Positions 1 to 11,005 of a DNA stretch of 64,000 bases are shown piece by piece. The stretch lies in assembly GCA_963801605.1 (NCBI GenBank), contig CAWDFP010000007.1:320001-384000 (forward strand), given 5' to 3'. The notes beneath the pieces were generated by a model. The model worked only from the letters and a program-made list of their open reading frames with translations. It made no database searches and was not told the origin of the DNA. Position 1 is the first letter of the stretch. Every line of letters starts with the position of its first letter. Source of the DNA: an uncultured candidate division Zixibacteria bacterium. GTDB taxonomy: Bacteria > Zixibacteria > MSB-5A5 > UBA10806. The position numbers and the translations under genes are program-made.

Positions 1-632
1 ATATCGCTGTCTGGTTCATTCTCCCCCGGCGTGTAATACTGCACCAGCTTTTGCGCATCCTCAACGCCTGTCCAGCAGAGATGATTCAGCATTTTATGAG
101 AGATTCCCAAAAATAGAATCCTATCGGTTTTCCGCAGCAACTCCAATAGGATTTTCCATTCGGCCCTGTCATTGTCCAAAAGGACCTTTGTCGTTCCCTT
201 GTGCTCCTTGAAAAGCTGTCGGATACGCTGGTAACCGATAAAGCTTCCCAGACGTTCGGCGATTGTTTCGAGCAGCTTGCTCTCCCCGCCAAGGAACGGC
301 CCGTCCTCTTTGAATGGTACCTCCTGGGAATAATAGACATTGATACTGCCAACTTGTTTTTCGGATACCATGATGGCCGCGCTGTGCCCCCAGGCCGATT
401 CGGCAAAACCCGGCGACGTGTATACCGCTTTATCTATAATTATCTGTACCTGGCATAATTCCGAAAATTGCCAGGCGGGAGGAATCGCCGATATTATTCC
501 CCGACATACTACTGATAGATCGATATCGGGTTCGATCAGAAGCTCCTCTATCTTATAAAGGCACTCCAATTCTCTGGCTCTTTCCCGCAGAAACCAAAAC
601 GAACTATCGAGCGGCTTTTTCGCGTCATCCAT
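1..632 (-). CDS. Probable second PEP/pyruvate-binding-family protein, N-terminal part with a GAF-like segment; runs off the left edge
   Basis: Absent from the ORF track because it has no stop in the window. Manual translation from ATG 632 reads MDDAKKPLDSSFWFLRERARELECLYKIEEL...EDGPFL...EWKILLELLRKTD...LNHLCWTG, open to base 1. The start overlaps the stop of the 625..2361 gene. Confidence 0.7.
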   Translation of the reverse strand, partial: MDDAKKPLDSSFWFLRERARELECLYKIEELLIEPDIDLSVVCRGIISAIPPAWQFSELCQVQIIIDKAVYTSPGFAESAWGHSAAIMVSEKQVGSINVYYSQEVPFKEDGPFLGGESKLLETIAERLGSFIGYQRIRQLFKEHKGTTKVLLDNDRAEWKILLELLRKTDRILFLGISHKMLNHLCWTGVEDAQKLVQYYTPGENEPDSD

Positions 633-2361
633 GATAAATAACTCCGCGTCCATGTGTGCCATCGATCTTCACCTGCAAAGGCGCTGTCAGCTTGATGTGG
701 CGCACGTATGACGTTTCTTCTTTTGTCGGTTGTTTGCTCAACCAGTCCCAATCTATTTTATGCCCGGAATAATGCGGCAGCGAAAAATATCCTACTTGAG
801 AACTTATGACGTTATGGAAAAAATGCGAGCCTTGCGACAGCTCTATATTCATATCGGGAAGCGACGCCTCCACGATAACCTTGGCGCCCGAAATTTGCCA
901 CCAGTTTACCGGGATGCCAAACGGCGGATCAGTCGTCCCCAGCCGCCCGAACACAATCAGCAGATATTGCGACCCTCCGGCGATTAGCTGATGATTTATC
1001 GCCTCAAATTCTGACGCTATAATATGGCTTTCATTTTCGTTGAAACCGGCCTTCTTAAGATAAACCACGTCGGTGATATTATTCATGGCGCCGTTGCCAA
1101 GAGCATCCTCCGAGGCCAATAGAACATTCGGTTTTTCCAAATCCTCCATTTCAACCGTGACAACCGCACGCGAGACAAACATCGGACGAACTTGCAGCAG
1201 GCCGAAACGGCCGCCTCCTTCACCGTCGCTATTAAGTGTTACCGCAAACTCCATCTCGACCTGATGCCCCATTACATCTTCACACAACTTGAGAAGATTT
1301 TTTATGAGTTCGTTTAACGGTATTTCATCTAAATCGAGAATAGGAGCGAATGTCAATATTCGTGGCCCTCGGCCAGTCATACCGATAATCAGCCGGTCGT
1401 TTTGAAGATCGTAAGTCGAAACGAGATTATCCAGCACCCCATCTTTTTCTGCTTCAGACAGTTTGACATTGATAAGGTATTCTGTTTCTTTCATGGGATT
1501 ATATTCCGGCGGCTTTCCCATATTGACCGCCCAGAAATCGGTCTGGGTTGCTTTCATCATATCGCCCAGATTCTTATAAGGAGGAATGGCATTGGGATAC
1601 GCCGGCGAATAATTCCAGGTCTTGCCGCCATCGACCACCGTCTTGCCCAATCCCAACGCTAAATTAACGATACCATCCTCTGCTTTGGCATTCCCGGTAT
1701 GATAATAATTGTAGGATCGCGCTACGCCTGATATATGCGGATAAAAACGATCCCCTATTCGATTCCCCACAATCTCCTGTATTATCACCGCCATTCGTTC
1801 ATTTTCGACAGTTTGACCGGTGGTTTTTATATACTCTTTGGCCGCTTTGAAAAAAGTGGCGGCATAAACGAATTTTATCGCCTCTACGAGCGACCGGAAA
1901 CGAGCCTCGGGATCGTGCTGGTTGTTGGGGATCATCTTGGTTTCGTAGACACCGGCAAACGGCTCATGCATGGCGTCCTCAAAAAGGCTTGAGGAGCGAA
2001 TCGCCAGCGGATGATGAATCCTCTGGCTCAGAGCCCAGAGATCGCCCACGATATCGGCCGGTAGATCGGCTTTCAAAAACGGCAAAGAAATCTCTTCATC
2101 AGAGACATCGCTTAACGCCATATCATAAAGATTATTCTGCCGCATGAACTGTTCGAATACATCTGTGGCAATTACGGTCAGGGTGGGGATGCCCAGCGTC
2201 AGGCCGTGCAGCCCTTTGGGATCGATCTGGCTTACCAGAGCGTCTTTAATAAATGCCAGCCCCTGTGCTTTTCCGCCGATTGAACCGGAACCGATATATG
2301 AGAAAATGCCGCTTGAATCAACAAGCCGGCGATCGAATGGAGTGAGATTATTTATTGACAA
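625..2361 (-). CDS. PEP/pyruvate-binding domain protein (PPDK_N/PEP-synthase-like ATP-grasp; no C-terminal PEP-utilising barrel)
   Basis: Motifs GSIGGKAQGL, LAIRSSSLFED, FAGVY, MAVIIQE, ALGLGKTVVDGG, EMEFA, LLQVRP, SQGSHFFHN; GGAGG RBS upstream. Confidence 0.85.
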   Translation of the reverse strand: MSINNLTPFDRRLVDSSGIFSYIGSGSIGGKAQGLAFIKDALVSQIDPKGLHGLTLGIPTLTVIATDVFEQFMRQNNLYDMALSDVSDEEISLPFLKADLPADIVGDLWALSQRIHHPLAIRSSSLFEDAMHEPFAGVYETKMIPNNQHDPEARFRSLVEAIKFVYAATFFKAAKEYIKTTGQTVENERMAVIIQEIVGNRIGDRFYPHISGVARSYNYYHTGNAKAEDGIVNLALGLGKTVVDGGKTWNYSPAYPNAIPPYKNLGDMMKATQTDFWAVNMGKPPEYNPMKETEYLINVKLSEAEKDGVLDNLVSTYDLQNDRLIIGMTGRGPRILTFAPILDLDEIPLNELIKNLLKLCEDVMGHQVEMEFAVTLNSDGEGGGRFGLLQVRPMFVSRAVVTVEMEDLEKPNVLLASEDALGNGAMNNITDVVYLKKAGFNENESHIIASEFEAINHQLIAGGSQYLLIVFGRLGTTDPPFGIPVNWWQISGAKVIVEASLPDMNIELSQGSHFFHNVISSQVGYFSLPHYSGHKIDWDWLSKQPTKEETSYVRHIKLTAPLQVKIDGTHGRGVIYHG

Positions 2362-2481
2362 AGATCAGCCTCCAGGAAATGGAATTGTACCGCTTTCTTG
2401 CCTTAGCGGCACTGATTTATTTTACCGGAATAATCACTCTTGCCGCTTGATTATCCCGGAGATTCCAGCCTGCCCAAACAA

Positions 2482-2510
2482 TACCGGGGTCCATCCATAG
2501 GACCCCGGTA
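2482..2510 (-). terminator. Hairpin between gdh and the PEP-binding gene (terminator or mRNA-stabilising stem)
   Basis: TACCGGGGTCC-N7-GGACCCCGGTA, a perfect 11 bp stem. Confidence 0.5.
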
Positions 2511-2550
2511 ATAAATCAATAGAATTTCAAAAAAACAAACTGTTGAATTT

Positions 2551-3838
2551 CTATACCCAACCGCGATCCTTACAGGCTTGCGCAACACGGCTTACGGCAA
2601 CAAGATAGGCCGCATCCCTCATGTAAAGCTTGCGCTTGTCGGCCAGGTCCTTGACCGCATGGAACGCCGATGTCATCTTGACATCGAGCTTGCCCAGAAC
2701 CTCATCCTTTTCCCAGAAGTAGTTCATGTTGCTCTGAACCTGTTCGAAATAACTGCATGTCACGCCGCCGGCGTTTGCCAGGAAATCGGGAATGACGAAA
2801 ATGTTGCGTTCCTGAATTATCTTGTCTGCTTCAGGAGTGGTCGGACCATTAGCGCCCTCGGCAATGATCTTGACAGTCTTCTTAATCTTGCCGACATTCT
2901 CGCCGGTAATCTGGTTTTCGATTGCCGCCGGAATCAGGATATCAACATCCTGTTCAAGCCAGGCCTCGCCAGGAAGAATCTCGTAACCCATGCTCTTGGC
3001 TTTGTTCTTATCGATACCGCCGAAACGATCGGTAATCGTCAATAAGCGCGTTCGGATCAACGCCATCGTTCTTCTTGAACGAGTAAGATGTTTGATCGTT
3101 TTGATCCCAGCAGGATACGCAAATCACCTTACCGCCAATTTGCTGGTAAAGCCTGATAGCATACTGAGCCACATTGCCAAATCCCTGGACGCTGGCAGTT
3201 GTCTGATCCGGCTTGATACCCATTTCTCTCAGGGCCTCGCGAACGGTGTAGATAACGCCATATCCGGTAGCTTCCGTGCGACCCAGAGAGCCGCCCATGC
3301 CAACCGGCTTACCGGTGATCAGGCCGGGCATCTTCTGACCGTGAATGGCCTCATATTCATCGAGCATCCAGAGCATGTGCTGGGCGTTGGTCATAACGTC
3401 GGGAGCCGGAACGTCCGTATTGGGGCCAACATTTCTGGCCAGTTGACGAACCCAGCCGCGGCAGATTTGTTCTTGTTCCCTGGCGCTGAGATTATGCGGA
3501 TCGCAAATTACTCCGCCTTTGCTGCCGCCCAACGGAATATCGACTACCGAGCATTTCCAGGTCATCCACATGGAAAGCGCTCTGACCGTATCGATTGTCT
3601 CTTGCGGGTGGAAACGAATACCGCCCTTGCCCGGCCCTCTGGCGTCATTGTGCTGTACGCGGAAACCGCGGAAGATTTTGATTTTACCGTCATCCATGTG
3701 CACCGGGATGCTGAATTGATATTCTCTCATCGGATTGCGTAAAAGCTCCCTGGTGCCCTCATCGAGATTGAGAAATTCGGCCGCTTTGTCAAACTGCGTC
3801 TGAGCCATGACAAAGGGGTTAAAAGCCTTACTGCTCAT
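2551..3838 (-). CDS. gdhA: Glu/Leu/Phe/Val dehydrogenase (glutamate dehydrogenase); one frameshift near 3045
   Basis: ORF 3008..3838 has [40 protein letters not shown] and QGFGNV. ORF 2551..3066 has [18 protein letters not shown] and SYFEQVQ. The two are contiguous halves of one protein. Confidence 0.9.
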
Positions 3839-4015
3839 CTATTTTCTCCCTTCAAAGACGTTAATATTGCTGATATTTTGAAGCTGTCATGCTGTGTCAT
3901 CGTTAACAGCAGACAATAGTAGTTAATTTCATATTGATGAATACATTCACCGATCAACTATCGTCAAGCTAAAAAGCTGCACAGCATCAAAATAAAATCA
4001 CCTTCACTTGTGAAA

Positions 4016-4044
4016 AAAATAACTTATTCGTCATTTTTTGTCAA
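4016..4044 (-). promoter_or_regulatory. Sigma70-like promoter for gdh
   Basis: Minus strand TTGACA-N17-TATTTT. Confidence 0.45.
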
Positions 4045-4250
4045 GTAGATTACTAATATTATTCGGCTTTTTTCGCAATATCAAAATGGCTCCAAATACG
4101 TCTGGAACTTTAACGGATAGAATCTATAGTCTTATTCCTTTTAATGGGTTACAGCCAATAGCCAAAATTAGATTTTCGTCATATTTGGCCTCTATTTAAT
4201 TGCATTTCGATATTATTATCGAAACGCCCCATAATTTTTCCCTAAAAAAA

Positions 4251-4292
4251 GTGTCGGGTTTCTATCGCTTATCAGCTACTCGAAACCCGACC
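4251..4292 (-). repeat. REP family A hairpin copy, possibly also a terminator
   Basis: Minus strand GGTCGGGTTTCGAG...AGAAACCCGACAC followed by a T-run; same arms as the copies at 32768 and 48380. Confidence 0.6.
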
Positions 4293-4324
4293 CATTTCCA
4301 ATATTGTGGACTACGCTTATTACA

Positions 4325-6723
4325 TCAGCGCAGGCAATGCCCGTCGATTAGTTGCGGCCCACCCTTAAAATAACTCACCATATAGGTAACATCAAGCCCG
4401 TTGACCGTACATGATCCGTTGGCATCGGCCTCCGGGTAAAAGCCGTTGACATTAAGCGGCGGCGGCGGCCCACCCTTAAGATAACTTACAAAATATACCA
4501 CATCCAAACCATTGGCCGCGCCGGAATGATTTACATCACCCACTATATAAACTAAATGACCCTCTACGTTGATATCGAATTCAAATACCGTCGAATACGA
4601 TGACCACCCGGATGCGTTGCCAGCCTTGACTCTCCAATAATAGTGATCATTCCCGAGCGAATCAATATTTACGTATTGCGAAATCGCCAACGCAGTATCG
4701 GAAAGTAGCGGAGCCGAAAATACCTGGTCGCTGTCAATCTGAATAGCATAACGAAGCGCCATCGCGGGATCGTTCCAGTCGAAATTGATAAAGGCGCTGC
4801 CGGATACGAATCCGTTTACGGGCGTTAAGAGAGTCGGCGCCTCAGGAGGAGGCAACGTGATCTGGATCGCGAAATGCCATACCGTACTTCTTGATGAATA
4901 ACCCGCGGTGTTAAACGCCGTCACTCGCCAGTAGTAAGTGCCCGCAGTAAATGCGCCCATATTACGATAATTGGAGACTGCCAGACTTGAATCAATTTCA
5001 AAGGGACTCGCAAAACTAATGTCATGCGCAATCTCTACAATATAACCCGTTGCATTGGTCGAATTGGACCAATCGAAATTGAGCGCCATTGAATCGTTGA
5101 ATGTTGATGCATTTGTCGGCAGCAGTAGGGTTGGCGTCAAAGGCAGCGGAGGTGGCGTAGCCTGAATTGTAAAATTCCAAACAGCGCTCCTCGATGAGTA
5201 CCCCGAGCTATTATGAGCTGTTACCCGCCAGTAATATGTTCCCAAACCGAAATTAATTTCATTTCTATAGGTGGAAACCGTTATCGTCGAGTCGCAATCG
5301 TAGCATGAGGCGAAAGTTTGGGATGTGGAAATTTCGATCACATAACTCGTCGCCCCGGCAACATCGCCCCAATCAAAATTGAGCGCCAGAGAGTCGTTGA
5401 AGGTTGTAGCGTTTGCAGGATACGATAATACCGGTGTACCCGGAAGCGAGCCCGATGGCCGAAGTCTTACATTTGTAACGGTTGGAGCCGAGTTATTGAC
5501 TACCACTCCGGTAATCGTTTTTGTCACATAACCGGTTTTGGAAACGATCAGCGTGTACGTTCCCGGATCGATCAGACGGTTGTAGCGTCCGCTGTTGATT
5601 CTCGTAAGCCGAGGATTAATATCTGCGCTGGTAGCCTGTTGGACCTCAACCTCAGCTTCTAATGGCGAGCCGGTTAATCGAATCTGTCACCGTGCCTGTC
5701 AAACGGGCGAAGCCTGATCGGCGCAGCAGGTAATACATTCCCGCCCGATTTCGCTGGCAAATTGAATCAACTTGCGATGTATCCTGAATGGTTGTATCGG
5801 AAACCTCGCAAGACAAGGAGGCAGGTCCCGAAATTGCGCGTAGAAATATGTCTTGAAATCGCCTTTGTTGACCAACGCCCGTCTGGCCTCGTAGGTCGAA
5901 TCGCCAGTATCGTTAATAATTGAACCGGCGAAACCGATCGCCAATATGTAGCATGCTGATTGTTCGTCAGGCGCCATGCCGATGCCGCCATCGCTGGGAT
6001 ACCAGTACCAGTTATAATAAATCTTTTCTGATCGGCCATACGTTGGAGAATGATAATCAACCGCCACCAGCGGTTTATATTTCAGGCCGAAATCGCGCAA
6101 CGCGCTGCTTTCAGCTTCGGAGTAAGGAGAACGGCCCTTTATACATCAGGCTTTCCGGAGTGATCCGCCCGGAGCCATTATCGATACTCCAGCCGAAATC
6201 ATAATTGCGGTTATTGTCAACGCCGTCATGGTAATCAAATATGCCGTTATGATTATTATCGGTCTTATTCTTGCGCCAATCGGTATCACCATCTTCGACC
6301 ACAATATGACCCTCGGGATTCATCAAACGGGACTACAGAAAATTTCGTAATTATTCACATATCGAATAACGGCCGTATCTCCGGTATTATATTTGGTCAC
6401 GATATCTTCGCAGAAAGAGATAACTATTTCCGGGCCTAGTATTTCATCGGCATGAACGCCGCCGTAAAGAGAATCGCGGGTTCATCTTCCTCAGCTGAGA
6501 CATTATCGGAGATCTTCAGGCATATAGATAGTAAGGCTGTCGCGGTTGGAATAATCCTATGGAATCAAGCGAGCAGATCGAGGGATTGGCGTCGGCCAGC
6601 GCTTGAAGCTCCGCCATGGTTCCTGCGTAGGTATGATATTTATGGAGGCAGCGCTTGAGCCGAGTTGGCTGCAAAAACAGACAAGAGCGTAGCCAGTGTA
6701 CTGAACTTTAGCAATTTTTTCAT
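4325..6723 (-). CDS. Secreted M14 zinc carboxypeptidase with a regulatory-like domain, three FN3-like repeats and a C-terminal dockerin; several frameshifts between 5600 and 6650
   Basis: Signal peptide MKKLLKFSTLATLLSVFAANSAQA (ATG 6723). Fragments contain KISDN, GGVHADE (HxxE), NPEG, WRKN, GVDNNRNY and DYHS. Three YYWRVxA repeats, then a dockerin (GDVNHSG..NGLDV / ADANGSC.VNGLDV). Confidence 0.8.
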
Positions 6724-6807
6724 ACGTTTGATTTCGGCAGCATCGAATCGATTTTGAGCCCCGGCCAATGGGGGAAAGCGTGACAAAATTATATCCTTTG
6801 AATTAAG

Positions 6808-6893
6808 TGCCGGAGGTCGGAATCGAACCGACACGGGGTTTAAGCCCCACTGGATTTTGAGTCCAGCGCGTCTGCCAGTTTCACCACTCCGGC
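6808..6893 (-). tRNA. tRNA-Leu (CAA)
   Basis: GCCGGAG...CTGGA-CTCAAAA-TCCAG, long variable arm, GGTTCGATTCC, CTCCGGCA; CCA not encoded. Confidence 0.95.
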
Positions 6894-7112
6894 ACAAACA
6901 ACGAAGCGTTACCATATTATAGTCTAATGTTAGAACGAGATGTCAAGAGTAAGAAAAACCTGAAGTAATTTGTTTTTCGATGCGGCCCCAGCGGAATTAA
7001 CTGCATTTTGGTGTTGATAAATTTATGGCGTCAGGCCCGGTCGTTTTTTTCGACTCCCTGAACCTGACGCCTGTGAAAAGTTATTGCGATAGCGTTGGCC
7101 TGTCTAATCGAA

Positions 7113-7658
7113 TTAATCTTCCTTGCCTCGCCTCTCGCCTTCTCGGTTCTCCTGACCGTAGGTATTCTTATAACCCTGGAATTGCTCCGGAGTCATCTTT
7201 GGCAGCAGGCGTACGAAAGCCGTAACTTGCCAGAGCGTGCTATCAGGAATTGCCACGCCATAGGCCGGCATCCCGGTCATTTTAATACCGTTTTTGGCAA
7301 TCCAGAATATCTCAGCGTCGCTCTGATCTGCTACGCCTTCTTTTAGGTCCGGCGGTTCCGGATTAAAGCCTTTAACCATCCCTCCCGGTTTTTCTCCCGG
7401 TGCCCCATGGCATCCGATACACATCATGCTGTATTGCTTGAATCCGGCTATTACTAATGTCGTATCCGATAAATCGGGAGCTTGAATGGATTTTGAATAG
7501 TGCTCAACAGAATTATCCATTACCGTCGAAAACAACCAGCTCCTTAGCTTTCCTTCGGGTTTCAGCGCCGAAACATCATACATTCCCGAATAGATAAAAG
7601 CCAATCCCGCGGCTGCCACCACCACAATTACCGCAATGACGGTCCAAACAATTTTCAT
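7113..7658 (-). CDS. Membrane-anchored monoheme cytochrome c
   Basis: N-terminal TM helix, CIGCH heme motif, distal KMTGMPAY. Confidence 0.85.
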   Translation of the reverse strand: MKIVWTVIAVIVVVAAAGLAFIYSGMYDVSALKPEGKLRSWLFSTVMDNSVEHYSKSIQAPDLSDTTLVIAGFKQYSMMCIGCHGAPGEKPGGMVKGFNPEPPDLKEGVADQSDAEIFWIAKNGIKMTGMPAYGVAIPDSTLWQVTAFVRLLPKMTPEQFQGYKNTYGQENREGERRGKED

Positions 7659-7829
7659 CTTTCCTCCGATTATTGAAAATTTATCGAAATCTCATAGTAG
7701 AAATGATCTTTGGTTTTATAATGTTCCAGAAATCTACTCGCAATACAATATAATTTTGTAATCAATAATCAAGGATGTCAAGGATAAACTGATTTTAATA
7801 GAATTATGGGATTATTAATTGTAGCTTTA

Positions 7830-9500
7830 TCACCGTTGATCCGCATCATCCAGAAAGCTCTTAATCTTTTCCGGCTCGAGCGACCCAAACGGAAGCTGGC
7901 AACCATGCTCGGTCAGCTTCTGACGAAAAGCTACTACTAAATCCAACGGCAAATCTATTTCGCGCATATATTTTTGATTGGAGAAAAACTCTACTGCTGA
8001 AACATCGTACGCCATTCGCCCCGATCTTAATCCCACGACCCTATCGGCCAATCGAGAAATGAAATAAAGATCATGCCCGGCAACAAGAACCCCTTTCCCC
8101 TCTTCAGCTAAGTTCGATATTATCGAAATCAACTCTTCCTGAGAATGGGGATCCAAAAATGCCGACGGTTCATCGAGAATGATATATTCGGGATTGGCTG
8201 ATAGAATCGCCGCTATTGAAAGTTTGCGTTTTTCACCGCCCGAAAGGGTATCGACAATCCTATTCTCAAAACCACCCAGACCGACCCGCTTCAAAAACGC
8301 GGTTATATCGACTTTTTCCATTCCGAAATTTCGTAAACCGAAAGTAATATCGTCCCTGACCGTCGGGCCAATCATAGCCAGATCGGGAAGCTGCCAGGTG
8401 ATTCCGATTTTAGAGCGTAGTTCTCTCATACTGTAACTTGCAAGCGGCTTGCCTGCATATTCGATTAGACCCGAATCATATCCAATTAATCCCGAGAGCA
8501 GAAACGCCAATGTAGATTTGCCGGAGCCTGTCGCCCCCAACAACCCAACAACTTCGCCTTTGGAAAGATTTAGCTTTTCAATTTCCAAAGAAAATTCGGA
8601 TTGGGGATATTGAAAATGCAGATTTTCGATTTTAAGCGCGTTTTCGCTTAAATGTTTATGCCTTCTAATCGCCCCGCTTGAATAAGAAGTATTAACGGTT
8701 TTAATCCTCGAACAATAGGTTTTAATTGACGATTCATCATTCCACTCAAAACCAAATGATCTTCTGAATCTTGATTTAACCGATGGTAATACCTTATGTT
8801 CTTTAAACATTTCATAATCATCATTTAATTGACTTGCAGGACAATCCAGCGCCAATTTGCCGTTTTCAAGAATACAAATCCTCTCTGCCCGTTCGGCCTC
8901 ATCGGGATATTGCGTAATATGAAGAATCGTTAATCCTTCCTTATGATTCCTATCGAGATAACCCAAAAGCAGATTCTTAAAATAGCGATCCAGAAAAGTG
9001 GTCGGTTCGTCGAGAAGCAAAATTTCAGGCTCGACTGCCAGGGCGCAAGCTAAATTGACTATCTGCATCTGTCCGCCGGATAAACTTTCCGGCTTTTGAT
9101 TGAGAATGGCGGCCAGGTTAAACTGCTCAATTATCGATTGTAATCGTTTTTGCTGTTCCTGATATGACAACCCCAGGTTTTGCAATACCGATACTATTTC
9201 GGTCTTTACATCTCTCATCAGGAACTGACCTTCCGGCTCCTGGAATACTACCCCTGCTTTACCGAAGAAATCATAACCGAAACTACCCAGCCGGACGGGT
9301 TTGCCTAAAAATATTATCTGTCCGGCGTCCGCTTGTACCATTCCGCAGATAGCCTTAATGAGAGTCGACTTGCCTGATCCGTTTGGGCCCAGAACAGCAA
9401 CATATTCCCCCCGTCTTATTTTTAACGATAAAGACGAAAGGGCTTGAATCGTCTCCGGGCCCGAACCGTAGCTAATATTGATTTTATCTATATCGATCAT
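7830..9500 (-). CDS. ECF-type transporter ATPase with two fused ABC domains (EcfA-A')
   Basis: Two Walker A motifs (GPNGSGKST, GATGSGKST), two LSGG and two LDEP motifs, FQEPE / WQLPD Q-loops. Confidence 0.85.
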   Translation of the reverse strand: MIDIDKINISYGSGPETIQALSSLSLKIRRGEYVAVLGPNGSGKSTLIKAICGMVQADAGQIIFLGKPVRLGSFGYDFFGKAGVVFQEPEGQFLMRDVKTEIVSVLQNLGLSYQEQQKRLQSIIEQFNLAAILNQKPESLSGGQMQIVNLACALAVEPEILLLDEPTTFLDRYFKNLLLGYLDRNHKEGLTILHITQYPDEAERAERICILENGKLALDCPASQLNDDYEMFKEHKVLPSVKSRFRRSFGFEWNDESSIKTYCSRIKTVNTSYSSGAIRRHKHLSENALKIENLHFQYPQSEFSLEIEKLNLSKGEVVGLLGATGSGKSTLAFLLSGLIGYDSGLIEYAGKPLASYSMRELRSKIGITWQLPDLAMIGPTVRDDITFGLRNFGMEKVDITAFLKRVGLGGFENRIVDTLSGGEKRKLSIAAILSANPEYIILDEPSAFLDPHSQEELISIISNLAEEGKGVLVAGHDLYFISRLADRVVGLRSGRMAYDVSAVEFFSNQKYMREIDLPLDLVVAFRQKLTEHGCQLPFGSLEPEKIKSFLDDADQR

Positions 9501-9526
9501 AAAAAAAGCCCCGACTTAGTCGGGGC
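9501..9526 (-). terminator. Intrinsic terminator after gcvPB
   Basis: GCCCCGAC/GTCGGGGC stem followed by 7 T on the minus strand. Confidence 0.6.
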
Positions 9527-9534
9527 ATTTGGTT

Positions 9535-11005
9535 TTAACCTTTATAGGAGATGTCGGGTTCGCGCGCGGCTGCGGCCTCGTCAAGACGAGAAACCGGCGT
9601 GTTATGCGGCGCAGATCGAACTACTTCAGGATCTTTTTCAACTTCGTCCGCGATCTGAAGCATTAACTCGATATAATTATCGAGCGATGCTTTACTTTCG
9701 CTTTCGGTTGGTTCGATCATGATAGCCTCATGTACGATTAGAGGGAAATAAACCGTGGGCGAGTGCACCCCGAAATCCAGAATCCTCTTAGCGATATCGG
9801 CTGTCCTGGCTCCCATCGCTTTTTGTTTGCTTCCGGAAAGCACAAACTCATGCAATGTGCAGCCCGTATATGGCAGTTCATACCTGTGACGAAGCTTCTC
9901 GCGCATATAATTGGCATTGACGATAGCGGCTTCGGAAACTTCGCGCAAACCCGGCCCGCCCATCTGACGAATGTAGCAATAGGCGCGAATCAGGTTGGCT
10001 ATATTGCCGTAGAAGCTATGCACCGGACCGATCGAAAGCGGACGTTTATAATCAAGGAAATATACGGTCTTGCCCTTTTTATCCTCACGTTTGGAAATAA
10101 TCGGCGATGGCAAAAACGGCGCTAAATTGGATTTTACTCCCAGTGCGCCCGCGCCCGGTCCGCCGCCGCCATGCGGTGTGGAAAACGTTTTATGCATGTT
10201 AAAATGCATAATATCAAATCCGCTGTCGCCGGGACGAGTCAGCCCCAGTAAGGCGTTGAGGTTGGCGCCATCCATATATAGAAGCGCCCCGCAGCCATGC
10301 ACTAATTGAGCGATTTCCTTGATATCCGTTTCATACAAACCAAGCGTATTCGGATTGGTAATCATGAAGGCCGCCATATCGTCATTGCAGACTTCGGCCA
10401 ATTTCTGAAGATCAACCTTGCCCTCGGAATTGGATGGTATCTGTATGACTTCATATCCCGCCATTACTACCGATGCCGGATTCGTTCCATGCGCGGAATC
10501 GGGAAGTACCACTTTGGTTGGATTTCGCTTATTGTGCTCATGGTACGCACTTAATCATGAGGAGCGCTGTAAATTCGCCATGTGCACCGGCCACGGGCTG
10601 CATTGTTACGGCATCCATGCCGGAAATCTCCGCCAGCATAATCTGAAGCTCATCCAGCAGCTCCAGGGTGCCCTGCACCAGATGATCCGGGTAATGCGGA
10701 TGAGCCTCCGTGAATCCGGGAAGCCGCGCCAGGTTCTCATTGATTTTGGGATTGTACTTCATGGTACAGGAACCAAGCGGGTACATATGTTTGTCGATAT
10801 GATGGTTTTTGATTGAAAGCGCTATAAAGTGGCGCATAACCTCAGGCTCTGAAACCGATGGCAAATCAGCTGGTACCTTCCTCAGAAAATCCTGCGGAAT
10901 AACATCAGCCGCCGCCACTTCGGGGACATCCAGTTCGGGCAACGAGATGCCCTCGGTGCCGGAGGTGGAAAGATCGAAAATTAATTTATCGTACTCTAAA
11001 CTCAT
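9535..11005 (-). CDS. gcvPB: Glycine dehydrogenase subunit 2; frameshift near 10545
   Basis: N-terminal part has YPLGSCTMKYNP and QPVAGAHGE; C-terminal part has DSAHGTNPAS, MDGANLN, HKTFSTPHGGGGPG and IEPTESE. ATG 11005 overlaps the upstream TGA. Confidence 0.92.

Noticed and set aside
6640..6915. 91-aa ORF spanning tRNA-Leu, and ORFs over tRNA-Ser (18796..19114)
   Set aside because: They overlap tRNA genes; only the part from ATG 6723 belongs to the peptidase.
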